Of a stretch of 64,000 nucleotides of DNA, positions 40,621 through 49,806 are shown one piece after another (the first letter of the stretch is position 1; each line of letters begins with the position of its first letter). Location of the stretch: contig JBBCJC010000005.1 of assembly GCA_037189525.1 (NCBI GenBank), positions 416,001 to 480,000 of the forward strand, in the 5' to 3' direction. Source of the stretch: Gemmatimonadales bacterium. Its GTDB lineage: Bacteria > Gemmatimonadota > Gemmatimonadetes > Gemmatimonadales > GWC2-71-9. Made by a program: the position numbers and the translations under genes. Under the pieces are notes generated by a model that made no database searches, was not told where the DNA came from, and worked only from the letters and a program-made list of their open reading frames with translations.

Positions 40621-41655
40621 ATGATCGCATCGGAAGCTTCCCAGATTGGTCCTGAACTCCTCCGGCTCATCTCGGAAGTGGAGGAATTCAAGGGCGCATG
40701 GCGTGCGCTGGGGCGCCTGGACCCCGAACGACTCTCGACCCTCAAGCGCCTGGCGATGATCGAGAGCATTGGGGCGTCGACCCGGATCGAGGGTGGCAAG
40801 CGCTCGGACCGCGAGGTCGACGCCCTGCTCTCCAGTCACCAGATGACATCGTTTGCCTCCCGCGACGCCCGGGAAGTGGCGGGGTATGCCGCCGTGATGG
40901 AGGTCGTGTTCTCATCCTGGAACGCGATGCCCCTGACCGAGAATCTCATCAAGCAACTGCACCGCGACCTGCTGCGACACAGCGACCAGGATCGGGGCCG
41001 GTACCGGATCATGCCGAACGGTATCGCGGCCTTCGACAAGGATGGACAGCGGCTGGATGTGCCCTTCGAAACCGCGTCACCGCTCGATATTCCCCAGCGC
41101 ATGACGGAGCTGGCCGCATGGCTGGCGAACCAGCAGACGGACGGACAGCTGCATCCGCTCCTCCGCATCGGTCTCTGGGTGGCGATGTTTCTGGCGATCC
41201 ATCCCTTTCAGGATGGCAACGGCCGTTTGAGCCGAGTGCTGACCACGCTGCTGCTGCTCCAGGCAGGCTACGCCTACGTGCCGTACAGCTCATTGGACAG
41301 CGTGATCGAACAGCAGAAAGAGGCCTACGATCGGGCCGTGCGGCGTACCCAACGCGCCGTGTGGAGCGGCACGCCGGACTGGCAGCCGTGGCTGCACTTC
41401 TTTCTCCAGGCATTGGCCGAGCAAACGCGCCGGCTCGGGCGGAAGATCGAGCAGGAACAGGTACTCGCAACGCTCCCGACGATGTCGCTCCGCATCATGG
41501 ATGTCGCGCAGGCGCGCGGACGGGTCACGATGGGTGAGATCATCACACTCACCGGTGGAAAGCGCGATACGATCAAGTCACATCTGCGCGCTCTGGTCGA
41601 GCATGGCCGACTTCACCGCTATGGCCGCGGGCGGGGAGTTTGGTACCAACTGTAG
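40621..41655 (+). CDS. Fic-family AMPylase with N-terminal inhibitory motif and C-terminal winged HTH
   Basis: HPFQDGNGRLSR; STRIEG fits (S/T)xxxE(G/N); C-terminal wHTH ending GRGRGVWY. Confidence 0.92.
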   Translation: MIASEASQIGPELLRLISEVEEFKGAWRALGRLDPERLSTLKRLAMIESIGASTRIEGGKRSDREVDALLSSHQMTSFASRDAREVAGYAAVMEVVFSSWNAMPLTENLIKQLHRDLLRHSDQDRGRYRIMPNGIAAFDKDGQRLDVPFETASPLDIPQRMTELAAWLANQQTDGQLHPLLRIGLWVAMFLAIHPFQDGNGRLSRVLTTLLLLQAGYAYVPYSSLDSVIEQQKEAYDRAVRRTQRAVWSGTPDWQPWLHFFLQALAEQTRRLGRKIEQEQVLATLPTMSLRIMDVAQARGRVTMGEIITLTGGKRDTIKSHLRALVEHGRLHRYGRGRGVWYQL

Positions 41656-41772
41656 TTTCCTCCGCAGTTCCCTCCCCAACCACGTCCGCCTTATCGGATC
41701 TCGACGGTCGGTAGCTACGATAGCCGGGCCCCAACCTTCCCTGCCGTGACCTGCATCACCGGGCGTAACAAC

Positions 41773-43230
41773 CTATTCCCGACGCCACCGGGACCGCGCG
41801 ACCACCCGCCCGCTCCCCGGCGATGCTCCGACACGACCCGACTCGGCCACGACCTCTCCCCGCCGGATCGTCACCACCGGACGGCCTGTTACCTCCCAAC
41901 CCTCGTACACCGAATAGTCTGCGCGCGAATGATCGTCCGCTGCGCGCACGGTCCAGCGCGCCTCGGGATCCCAGATCGCCAGGTCCGCATCGGCCCCCTC
42001 GCGAATGGCGCCCTTCCGCGGATACAGCCCGAAGATCCGGGCCGGATTGGTCGACGTCGTAGCGACGAATCGCTCGAGCGAAAGCCCGCGCTTGCGGACC
42101 CCCTCCGAGAAATAGATCGGCAGCATGAATTGCAGGTCGCTCATGCCCGGCCGCAGCTTGCCGATCGAGAGCGACGGATCGAGCTTCTGCGCCCGCGTCC
42201 AGGGCGCGTGATCAGTCGCCAGGACGTCGATCGTTCCATCGGCGAGCCCGGCCCAGAGCGCCTCGGAATCTTCCTTGGCGCGAAGCGGAGGCTGTCCAAC
42301 GAACAGCGGACCATCAGGCCCTGCAAGTTTTTCAGCGGTGTAGTGGAGATAGAGCGGCCGCGTTTCGACATAGAGCGGCAGCCCCCGCCGGCGCGCCGCG
42401 TGACAGACGGCAAGCGCCCGCGCCGAGGAGAGGTGCACGACGTAGATGGGCGCGCCGGTGCTCTCACAGAGCGCCACCGCCAGCTCCGTTGCCGCCACCT
42501 CCGCAACTTCCGGCCGGCTCTCGGCGTAGTGCGCCAGCGACGTTTGCCCAGCCGCAGTGAGTCTGCGCACCGCCGCAGCCAACAGCGCGGGATCTTCGCA
42601 GTGCGCCATGCACACCACACCAGCCTGCCTGGCCGCCTCCAGCATCGTGATCACGCCGCCCAGCTGGGCATGGAAATCCGGCATCGGCATGAAGAGCTTG
42701 GAGCTGGGATGCCCCGCCGCCGCCATCCCGTCCAGCGCCGCGTTGAACTCGGCGGTAGGTGGCCAGGCGACGCCATGGAGAAACAGATCTGCGATAACCT
42801 GCGCGCCCGCCTGCTTCGTCATGCGGGCAATCGCATCCAGCACCGTTTCGCCCGAGCGCGCAAAGGCGAACGTGCCCACGCTGGTAATTCCGCCTGCGAG
42901 CGCGGCCCGAGAACCGCTCTCCAGATCGTCCGCAAACGATCCGTCGATATGGGTGTGCGGATCGACGCCGCCCGGCATGACGAGCTTGCCGCGCGCATCG
43001 ATCACCCGCGTGGCAGCGGTCGAACGCAGCCCGGAACCGATTTCGACGATGCGGGCGCCCGCGATCCGGATGTCGGCTTCGCGGACACCATCAGTGTTGA
43101 CCACCCGACTACCGCGAATCAGGAGTTCCCGCGTCTGGGCCCGGAGCAGACCAGGACGCCCGGCGGCAATGGTCAGCGAGGTTGCCACGGCGACACGAAC
43201 GGCGTCCCGGCGGCTGGGCAGGTCAGACAT
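41773..43230 (-). CDS. Cyclic amidohydrolase (dihydropyrimidinase/hydantoinase-like) with twin-Arg signal
   Basis: PGGVDPHTH, KLFM, HCED, VHLSS, ATDHAPW, NPARIFGL..KG, DADL; N-terminal SRRDAVR plus hydrophobic stretch. Confidence 0.88.
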   Translation of the reverse strand: MSDLPSRRDAVRVAVATSLTIAAGRPGLLRAQTRELLIRGSRVVNTDGVREADIRIAGARIVEIGSGLRSTAATRVIDARGKLVMPGGVDPHTHIDGSFADDLESGSRAALAGGITSVGTFAFARSGETVLDAIARMTKQAGAQVIADLFLHGVAWPPTAEFNAALDGMAAAGHPSSKLFMPMPDFHAQLGGVITMLEAARQAGVVCMAHCEDPALLAAAVRRLTAAGQTSLAHYAESRPEVAEVAATELAVALCESTGAPIYVVHLSSARALAVCHAARRRGLPLYVETRPLYLHYTAEKLAGPDGPLFVGQPPLRAKEDSEALWAGLADGTIDVLATDHAPWTRAQKLDPSLSIGKLRPGMSDLQFMLPIYFSEGVRKRGLSLERFVATTSTNPARIFGLYPRKGAIREGADADLAIWDPEARWTVRAADDHSRADYSVYEGWEVTGRPVVTIRRGEVVAESGRVGASPGSGRVVARSRWRRE

Positions 43231-43298
43231 AGTGGTTCACCGTGATACGGGAGATGGTCCGAAACATATCCCACCAGCGAGACCGGCTGAATCCCAGT

Positions 43299-44591
43299 CT
43301 ACCAGCCACTCCATGCGGCCGCCGCCGCGGTGTCAACACGACCAGCCGCGACGTCAGCAAGCGCCTCGCCTATCAGCGAGACACCGCGCTCGGCCTCAGC
43401 CTCACTCAGCACCAATGGCGGAGTCAGTTCGAGGACTTTGTTCTCTCCTCCCACGTAGTAAAAGAGCAGGCCGAGTTCCCAGGCACGGTAGCACACCATG
43501 CGGGCATGGTCCGCCGATGAGCAGGTCGATGAACTGCCCAGTTCGATACCCAGTACCAGGCCGCGCCCCCGCACCTCGCGAACCAGCGGACTTCTCGCGG
43601 TAACCTCTTGCAGGCCGCGGCGCAGCAGCGCTCCGACCCGCTCTATCCGGCGGATACTCTCATCGGACCGGATCGTCGTCACAACGGCCAGCGCCGCAGA
43701 GGCGGTGACCGGGTTCCCCTGGGTCGTCAGCATCGCCCCTGAAGGCAGTGCCTCCATCAGCGCAGCTGGCGCGATGACGGCCGAGATCGGCAGGCCACCA
43801 CCCAGACCTTTGCCGAGCACGATCAAGTCGGGCCGAACGCCGTCCCATTGGTGCGCATACAACTTGCCCGTCCGGCCGAGCCCGACCTTTACCTCGTCGG
43901 CAACGAGCAATGTCCCATGCCGGCGACAGCGCTCCGCCACGCCGGCCAGAAATCCGTCGGGCGGAACGATCAAACCGCCATCCGAGAGGATCGGCTCGAA
44001 GAACAGGGCGGCGACGGAATCTCCGGCCAATGCACGATCCAGCTCCTTCAGCACCGCCCCCGCAGCGGACGCATCGCGCGGATAGTCGAGTTGCACAAGG
44101 TCCGCATGGCTCCCTGCCCCGCTCAACGCCGCATGGCCGGAGATCGCCATGCCGCCGCCGAAGCCACCATGATACGACCCCTTGAAGCTGATGACGCCCT
44201 TGCGAGACCCCGAGGTGACCAGACGGAGCGCCATGTCGGCCGCATCGGTGCCCGAGTGCCCGAACCAGACCCGACGATCGATACCGTCAGTCCGGGTGTC
44301 GAGCAGCGCTTCCGCCAACTCGACTGCCGGCGGGCTGACGAGCGAGAGGGAGCCGACCCCGGCCATGGTCCGAACGCCGCGCTCGACCGCATCGACGACG
44401 GCGGGATGCGCATAACCGAGTGATGCGGCGCCCCATCCCGCGGAGAAATCGAGGACGCGCCGGACACCGGGTTCGATCAGCCAGGAGCCCTCGCCGCCGA
44501 GCGCAACCATCGGATGGAAGCTCAGCTTACCGGGAAGCCCGAGCGCGGCGCGATCCCGCGCCAGCCAGCTTTCGCGGGTACCGTCAGACAT
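43299..44591 (-). CDS. Class III (omega-amine) PLP aminotransferase
   Basis: LDFSAG, SYHG, FEPILSDGG, DEVKVGLGRTG, GKGLGGG. Confidence 0.92.
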   Translation of the reverse strand: MSDGTRESWLARDRAALGLPGKLSFHPMVALGGEGSWLIEPGVRRVLDFSAGWGAASLGYAHPAVVDAVERGVRTMAGVGSLSLVSPPAVELAEALLDTRTDGIDRRVWFGHSGTDAADMALRLVTSGSRKGVISFKGSYHGGFGGGMAISGHAALSGAGSHADLVQLDYPRDASAAGAVLKELDRALAGDSVAALFFEPILSDGGLIVPPDGFLAGVAERCRRHGTLLVADEVKVGLGRTGKLYAHQWDGVRPDLIVLGKGLGGGLPISAVIAPAALMEALPSGAMLTTQGNPVTASAALAVVTTIRSDESIRRIERVGALLRRGLQEVTARSPLVREVRGRGLVLGIELGSSSTCSSADHARMVCYRAWELGLLFYYVGGENKVLELTPPLVLSEAEAERGVSLIGEALADVAAGRVDTAAAAAWSGW

Positions 44592-45936
44592 CGAGCCGAG
44601 TCCGAATCCCACGAGCCGCGTTGACCGCGAGCACGATCGCACCAAGCACCACCCATGCCAGGCCAAGCAGCTTGGCCTGCACATCGAGGCCCCACCAGAC
44701 GTATCCGATCACGATGGCGCCCAGCAGCGGACAGATCAGGTGGACCAGATAGTTTCGGCTGCCATTCCGGATCACATAGTGGGTGACCACGCTGGCGTGC
44801 AGACAGAGAAATCCGGTCAGGGCGCCGAAGTTGACGATGTAGGTGATCCCGCTCGGATCACTCTGATAGACCAGACCGATGACCAGCGAAATGATCGCGA
44901 CGGCCAGCAGCGCAACGTACGGGGTCCGGAACTTGGGATGCACCTGAGCCAGCGGAGCCGGCAGCAGGCGATCGCGCGCCATGCTGAACAGGATGCGCGA
45001 CACCGCGCTCTGCGAAGCTTGCGCCGCCGTTATCCCCCACGAGAAGGCCGTCATCCCGGCGCATAGGGTATAGAGAAACTTGCCGCCGGCGATGGCCGCG
45101 ACGTTGTAGAAGCCGTTGTCCGGATCGGCCGCGAGCGCCTGCCAATCGGGCTGCAGATTGCCGGCAACGAACGTTTGGATCATGAAAAAACCGGCGACCA
45201 GAAAGAGCACCATGATCGTGGCCCGGCCCGCGCTGCGGCCGCCCCCGTGCGCCTCCTCGGAAAGCGTCGAAATCGCATCGAACCCCAGGAAGCTGAGCAC
45301 CGCGATACTCGCCGCCGTCATCAGCGCGCGGAAATCGAGATTACCCGGATCGAGAATCGGTTTGCTGGTCCACCCTTCGCCCGCAGCACCGGTGCTGACT
45401 GCGTAGATCCCGAAGCCGAGAAAGAGCGCCAGGGTTACGAACTGGACTGCGAGCACGATCCGGTTGAACCGCGCGCTGACTACGACGCCCCGATAGTTGA
45501 TCGCCGTGTTGGCCAGCGCAAAGAGGACCAGCCAGCCCCAGAGCGGAACCACCGGAATCATCCCGGCAAGCGCGATCGACGCGAAGACGTAACACAGACT
45601 CGGAATCAGCAGGTAGTCTATCAGGATCATCCATCCGGCCAGAAACCCGAATCGGCTGCCGAACGCGCGCGAAGCGTATCCATAGACCGACCCCGCCGTC
45701 GGGACCGCCTTGGCCATCTCGCTGTACGCCAACGCGGTGAAGAAGATCCCCACGGTACAGATCAGGTAGGTGAGCACCGGCATGCCGCGGGACTCGGTTG
45801 CCACGTAGCCGTAAATCCCCATCGGGGCAATCGGCATGATGAATACGAGCCCGTACACCACCAGATCCCAGGTCGACAATCCCCGGTGCAGTTCCTCCTG
45901 GTAGCCCAACTCCTGCAGGGTCTTATCGTCCGCCAT
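44584..45936 (-). CDS. APC-family permease, PuuP/PlaP-like (amine/polyamine importer)
   Basis: About 12 TMs; AGSVYGYA, GWMILIDY, SFLGFDAISTLSEE, SRILFSMARD, NFGAL. Confidence 0.88.
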   Translation of the reverse strand: MADDKTLQELGYQEELHRGLSTWDLVVYGLVFIMPIAPMGIYGYVATESRGMPVLTYLICTVGIFFTALAYSEMAKAVPTAGSVYGYASRAFGSRFGFLAGWMILIDYLLIPSLCYVFASIALAGMIPVVPLWGWLVLFALANTAINYRGVVVSARFNRIVLAVQFVTLALFLGFGIYAVSTGAAGEGWTSKPILDPGNLDFRALMTAASIAVLSFLGFDAISTLSEEAHGGGRSAGRATIMVLFLVAGFFMIQTFVAGNLQPDWQALAADPDNGFYNVAAIAGGKFLYTLCAGMTAFSWGITAAQASQSAVSRILFSMARDRLLPAPLAQVHPKFRTPYVALLAVAIISLVIGLVYQSDPSGITYIVNFGALTGFLCLHASVVTHYVIRNGSRNYLVHLICPLLGAIVIGYVWWGLDVQAKLLGLAWVVLGAIVLAVNAARGIRTRLDV

Positions 45937-46714
45937 CGACGGTGGCCTCCGTGGCGTATTGGGTGGTTGCGCGCAGGGCGCCGGCGAGCCGGTCGGCCCA
46001 GAGACCGATGTCGGCGGCACTGCCCAGCAAATCGTGACGAACTTCGAACAGCACAGCGGCAAGGCCCCGGGCATCACCGTGTACCGGCACGGTATAGTCG
46101 CCGTCGGGATGAATCGAATACGGCTCATTGGCGCCGATGATCAGGCCCGGCGCTTCCAGTGCGGCCACCAGCGCGTGTCCGAAGCCGGCGGCCCCACCGA
46201 ACAGCACCCCGGCATGCCAAGGGCGCCGTACCCCGCGGAACACCGGAGTAAAGCTGTGGACTCCGACGACGACCGTCGCCGATCCGGCGGCCTGACGCCG
46301 GTCGAGATGATGCGCGACCGCGTCGTGGTAGGGGGTGAAGTAGCGCGCCGCGCGATACACTCGTTCCTGAGGGTCGAGGCTCACATTGCCTGGAATGGCC
46401 GTGTCCTCACTGCTGGTCGGGATGCTATCTGGCGCAGCGAGCGGCCGATTCGGATCGATCAGCAACCGCGAGTAGCCATGCAGGAAGAGCGGCGCGTCCA
46501 GCCGAGCGGCCAGTTCCCGCGCCAACGAAGCAGCGCCGAGATCCCAGGCGATATGCCGGGAGAGATCAGGCTCGGCGAGGCCCAGGCCGCCGTACCGCGC
46601 CGGCATGAATCGCGACGCGTGCTCGCACAGCAACACCACGTGGGAGCTACCCTGCTCGTTGACGACTTCGACGACCGGGGGCTCCGACCGATCATCCTCC
46701 ACAAACGCCGTCAC
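45923..46714 (-). CDS. N-formylglutamate amidohydrolase family protein
   Basis: CEHAS, HIAWDLGA, SRLLIDPNR, PYH, HSFTP, NEPY, EVRHD. Confidence 0.92.
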   Translation of the reverse strand: MTAFVEDDRSEPPVVEVVNEQGSSHVVLLCEHASRFMPARYGGLGLAEPDLSRHIAWDLGAASLARELAARLDAPLFLHGYSRLLIDPNRPLAAPDSIPTSSEDTAIPGNVSLDPQERVYRAARYFTPYHDAVAHHLDRRQAAGSATVVVGVHSFTPVFRGVRRPWHAGVLFGGAAGFGHALVAALEAPGLIIGANEPYSIHPDGDYTVPVHGDARGLAAVLFEVRHDLLGSAADIGLWADRLAGALRATTQYATEATVDGGR

Positions 46715-48049
46715 TCAATACACCGATGCGTACTTGGCGGCGAGATCCGCCGGCGATAGTCCCGCCACGAGTTCGCGCTCCTTGGCACGCATCGCGCGAT
46801 ACCCGGCGAGCATCTCTTCGCTGAACCACCCCGACACAACGGCATCCGCCTCCAACGCCGCCAACGCCTCGGTCTGGGACGACGGCAGACGCCGAACACC
46901 CAATGCTTCGCGCTCTCCGTCGCTCAGAAATCCGGGATCGATGTCGACCAGCGGAGGTGCCGGGAGATTCGCCTCGAGCCCTTCGATTCCCGCGCGAATG
47001 ATGGCGCCAAGCGCCAGGTGCGGACACGCGGACGCGTCGAGCGCGCGATACTCATAGTGGAGTTGCCGAGCCGGATCGCCGCCCCCGAGCGTCGTGGTGG
47101 GACAGATCCGGAGCGTGGCCTCCCGGTTCCGATCGCCGAAGCAGGTCCAGGCTGCGCTCCAGTGGTGCGGTACCAGGCGCGCATACGAAATCACGCTCGG
47201 CGCGGTCAGGGCGCACAACGCAGGCAGATGCCGAATGATCCCTGCCGCGAAGCGACCGGCCACCTCCGAGATCCGTCCGGGACGCTCGGCATCGAATCCA
47301 ACCGGCTGCCCCGCCAGGTCGGTCAGACTGACATGGACATGGACACCGTTGCCCACACCTTCGGCCGCCGTCCGCGGAGAGAAACTTGCGCGGCTGCCGA
47401 GCAGGCGGGCAATCTCCCGGGTGACCTCGCGGATCACCACGGCGCGATCGGCGGCGGCAAGCGCGGCGGCGGGGCGACAGGTCACCTCGAACTGCCGCCG
47501 CCCGTACTCGGGAAAGAACATCTCCGGCTCCGTCCCTGCGTCATCCAGGGCACGGACCAGTACGGGACCGAGCGGATCGGCCACCCGCTGGCCCTGGAGC
47601 GAAAAGGCGGGCGCCACCGGCCCCTCACCCAGCAACTGGAACTCGTGCTCGAAGGCCGCGACGACCTGGAAGCCGAGCGCCTCCAGATCACGGATGGCGC
47701 GACGGAGAAAGGTGCGCGGACAACAATCCCACGGCGCCCCGTCGGTACCGACGATATCACACTGATAGGCGTGCAGCGCCGAAGCGCCTGGCAGTTCCGC
47801 AACCGAGAAGCCGGCATCCGGATCGGGGAGGAGACGCAAGTCGCCGCTCGATCCCCACGGATTGTCCGGGCCGATCGGATCGAACGCGGTAATCGCGGCG
47901 TTGGCGGGTACCCAGCCGCAGCCCTTGCCCAGCCAGCGATCGAGATCGGCATAGGGCACCGCCCTGCCCCGTGTAATACCGGCCCAATCCGTCGTCACGA
48001 AGCTGACCAGTTCCGAGCCCGAGATCTCGATATCCTGCGCGTTGGCCAT
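46715..48049 (-). CDS. Glutamine-synthetase-like gamma-glutamyl-amine ligase
   Basis: CCPRTFL, AFEHEF, EYGRRQFEV, GNGVHVHVSL, NREATLRIC, EYRALDA. Confidence 0.9.
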   Translation of the reverse strand: MANAQDIEISGSELVSFVTTDWAGITRGRAVPYADLDRWLGKGCGWVPANAAITAFDPIGPDNPWGSSGDLRLLPDPDAGFSVAELPGASALHAYQCDIVGTDGAPWDCCPRTFLRRAIRDLEALGFQVVAAFEHEFQLLGEGPVAPAFSLQGQRVADPLGPVLVRALDDAGTEPEMFFPEYGRRQFEVTCRPAAALAAADRAVVIREVTREIARLLGSRASFSPRTAAEGVGNGVHVHVSLTDLAGQPVGFDAERPGRISEVAGRFAAGIIRHLPALCALTAPSVISYARLVPHHWSAAWTCFGDRNREATLRICPTTTLGGGDPARQLHYEYRALDASACPHLALGAIIRAGIEGLEANLPAPPLVDIDPGFLSDGEREALGVRRLPSSQTEALAALEADAVVSGWFSEEMLAGYRAMRAKERELVAGLSPADLAAKYASVY

Positions 48050-48087
48050 GCGAGTTCCGTCTCCCGAAATATGAGTGTGCGGTAATG

Positions 48088-48753
48088 TCACCGGCCAAGC
48101 CGGGCGAGCCGATCGACGACGGTATCCGTATCGGCGATCCAGCAGTAGCCGCGCAGTGCCCGCAACGCCGCTTCGTGACGTTCCTCCGATGCGGCAACGC
48201 AGGCATCGTGGACCAGCGTGACCAGATAGCCGCGATCCGCCGCATCGCGCACCGCCATGTCGACGCACTGATCCGTGACCATACCTGCCACGATCAGGAA
48301 CCGGGTTTCCAGATTAGTCAGGACGTAGTCGATCGCCGTCGAGTTGAATACGCCGGACGAAGTCTTGGGCAGCACGATCTCGTTGGTGACCGGCTCGAGT
48401 TCCGGAATCACTCGCCCCAGCGGCGAGCCTTTCGGCACATGGATCGGCGAGAGCTTGTGATCGAGGGAGCGATCCCGTCCGTCTTCGGTCAGGCTCTCGA
48501 TGATGGTATGGACCACCTGGATTTGCGCAGCTCGCGCCGCCGCAAGCAAGCGGCGCTGTCGAGGCACCACCCACTCACGCAGTTCGTGATAGAGGTAATC
48601 GTCTGGCGAGGCGTCGGGATAGGCCGGATCGAGCCCCGGCTCCACCCAGATCCGCTGCATGTCGACCAGCAGCAGCGTGACATGGTTCGGCGCGTACGGC
48701 ATGTCTCGCGCAATGGTCCGACCGCCCTGCGTGATTTCAACGCGTGTGCCCAT
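48088..48753 (-). CDS. Isochorismatase-family cysteine hydrolase
   Basis: D-K-C triad in LLVDMQ, PKTSSGVFNST, TDQCV. Confidence 0.92.
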   Translation of the reverse strand: MGTRVEITQGGRTIARDMPYAPNHVTLLLVDMQRIWVEPGLDPAYPDASPDDYLYHELREWVVPRQRRLLAAARAAQIQVVHTIIESLTEDGRDRSLDHKLSPIHVPKGSPLGRVIPELEPVTNEIVLPKTSSGVFNSTAIDYVLTNLETRFLIVAGMVTDQCVDMAVRDAADRGYLVTLVHDACVAASEERHEAALRALRGYCWIADTDTVVDRLARLGR

Positions 48754-48756
48754 CGG

Positions 48757-49638
48757 TCAGTTCGCTTTCTCGATCGATCCTTGATTGATCATCTCGGCGC
48801 GGAGAGCCTCGAGCCGCCCCAGCCGGGTCCGCGCTTTGTCGCCCAGCCGGGCGGTCACGGCGGCGACGAACGCTTCGACCTGGGCCAGCGCGGGCACCAG
48901 GGAATCGAACGGCGAGATCGTCTCGACCGGCGCCGCAATGACGGCGTCCGCAAGGCGCGCAATCGGCGATCCCGAGCCGTCGGTAAAGAGCAGCAACTGC
49001 GCACCGGACGCCACCGCTTGCTCGGCAAACCCGATCACGTCGGGCTGATAGCGGCGGTAGTCGAACACGATGATGACATCCCGAGGGGTCATGTCGATCA
49101 GACTGTCGACCAGCACCGCCCCGCTGCCGTCGAGCCAGGCGCAATCGCGACGCAAGAGCCGCAAATGTTCCCAGAGGTACCCGGCCAGGAACCGGCTGAA
49201 CCGGCCGCCGAGGCAGTGGATCCGCTGACGCCGGTCGGCGACGAGCTCAACGGCGCGGTCCCATTCCGGTTCGGCCATCAGATCGCGGGCGCCAGCAAGG
49301 CCATGCGCCGCCGAGGCCAGGAATGCCCCATACAGGTCGTCCTGGGCAAGGGCTTTCCGGCGTGAGGCCAGCAGCGTCAGCGGCGAACTCATCCGCTCGC
49401 TGACCTCGGCCAGCACCGCCTGCTGGAATTGGGCGAACTGCCCGAAGCCGAGCTTCTGCACCAGGCGCATGACGGTGGGGTCGCTGACGCCCGCGCGCTC
49501 CGCCAGAGCGGCCACCGTACCGAGCCCCGACGCGGGATAGTCGGCCAGCAGCGTCCGCACCACCTTCCGCTCCGACCGGGTGTAGTCGTGGGTCGGCTCG
49601 CGCAGGAGTTGTCGAATGGTCTGACGGGAGCGGGCCAC
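48757..49638 (-). CDS. RpiR/MurR-family transcriptional regulator
   Basis: TRSERKV...LAERAGVSDPTVMRLVQKLGF HTH plus SIS domain. Confidence 0.93.
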   Translation of the reverse strand: MARSRQTIRQLLREPTHDYTRSERKVVRTLLADYPASGLGTVAALAERAGVSDPTVMRLVQKLGFGQFAQFQQAVLAEVSERMSSPLTLLASRRKALAQDDLYGAFLASAAHGLAGARDLMAEPEWDRAVELVADRRQRIHCLGGRFSRFLAGYLWEHLRLLRRDCAWLDGSGAVLVDSLIDMTPRDVIIVFDYRRYQPDVIGFAEQAVASGAQLLLFTDGSGSPIARLADAVIAAPVETISPFDSLVPALAQVEAFVAAVTARLGDKARTRLGRLEALRAEMINQGSIEKAN

Positions 49639-49657
49639 CGGCGGCTACCTCGACGAA

Positions 49658-49711
49658 TGTCGGAATCTCAACAATATCGCACTCCTCGTAAAAAATGTAG
49701 CTCTATCGACA
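49658..49711. promoter_or_regulatory. Two candidate RpiR operators (TGT-N10-ACA)
   Basis: TGTCGGAATCTCAACA (49658-49673) and TGTAGCTCTATCGACA (49696-49711) just upstream of the regulator start. Confidence 0.5.
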
Positions 49712-49806
49712 GCGGTGTCCTCTGTTGCCAGACCGTCCGCCGTCAGGTAAGCTTGGCATTCACCCTACAATTCGACTTGCATCGCCCGTCCCCCGAGGAG
49801 GATCGC

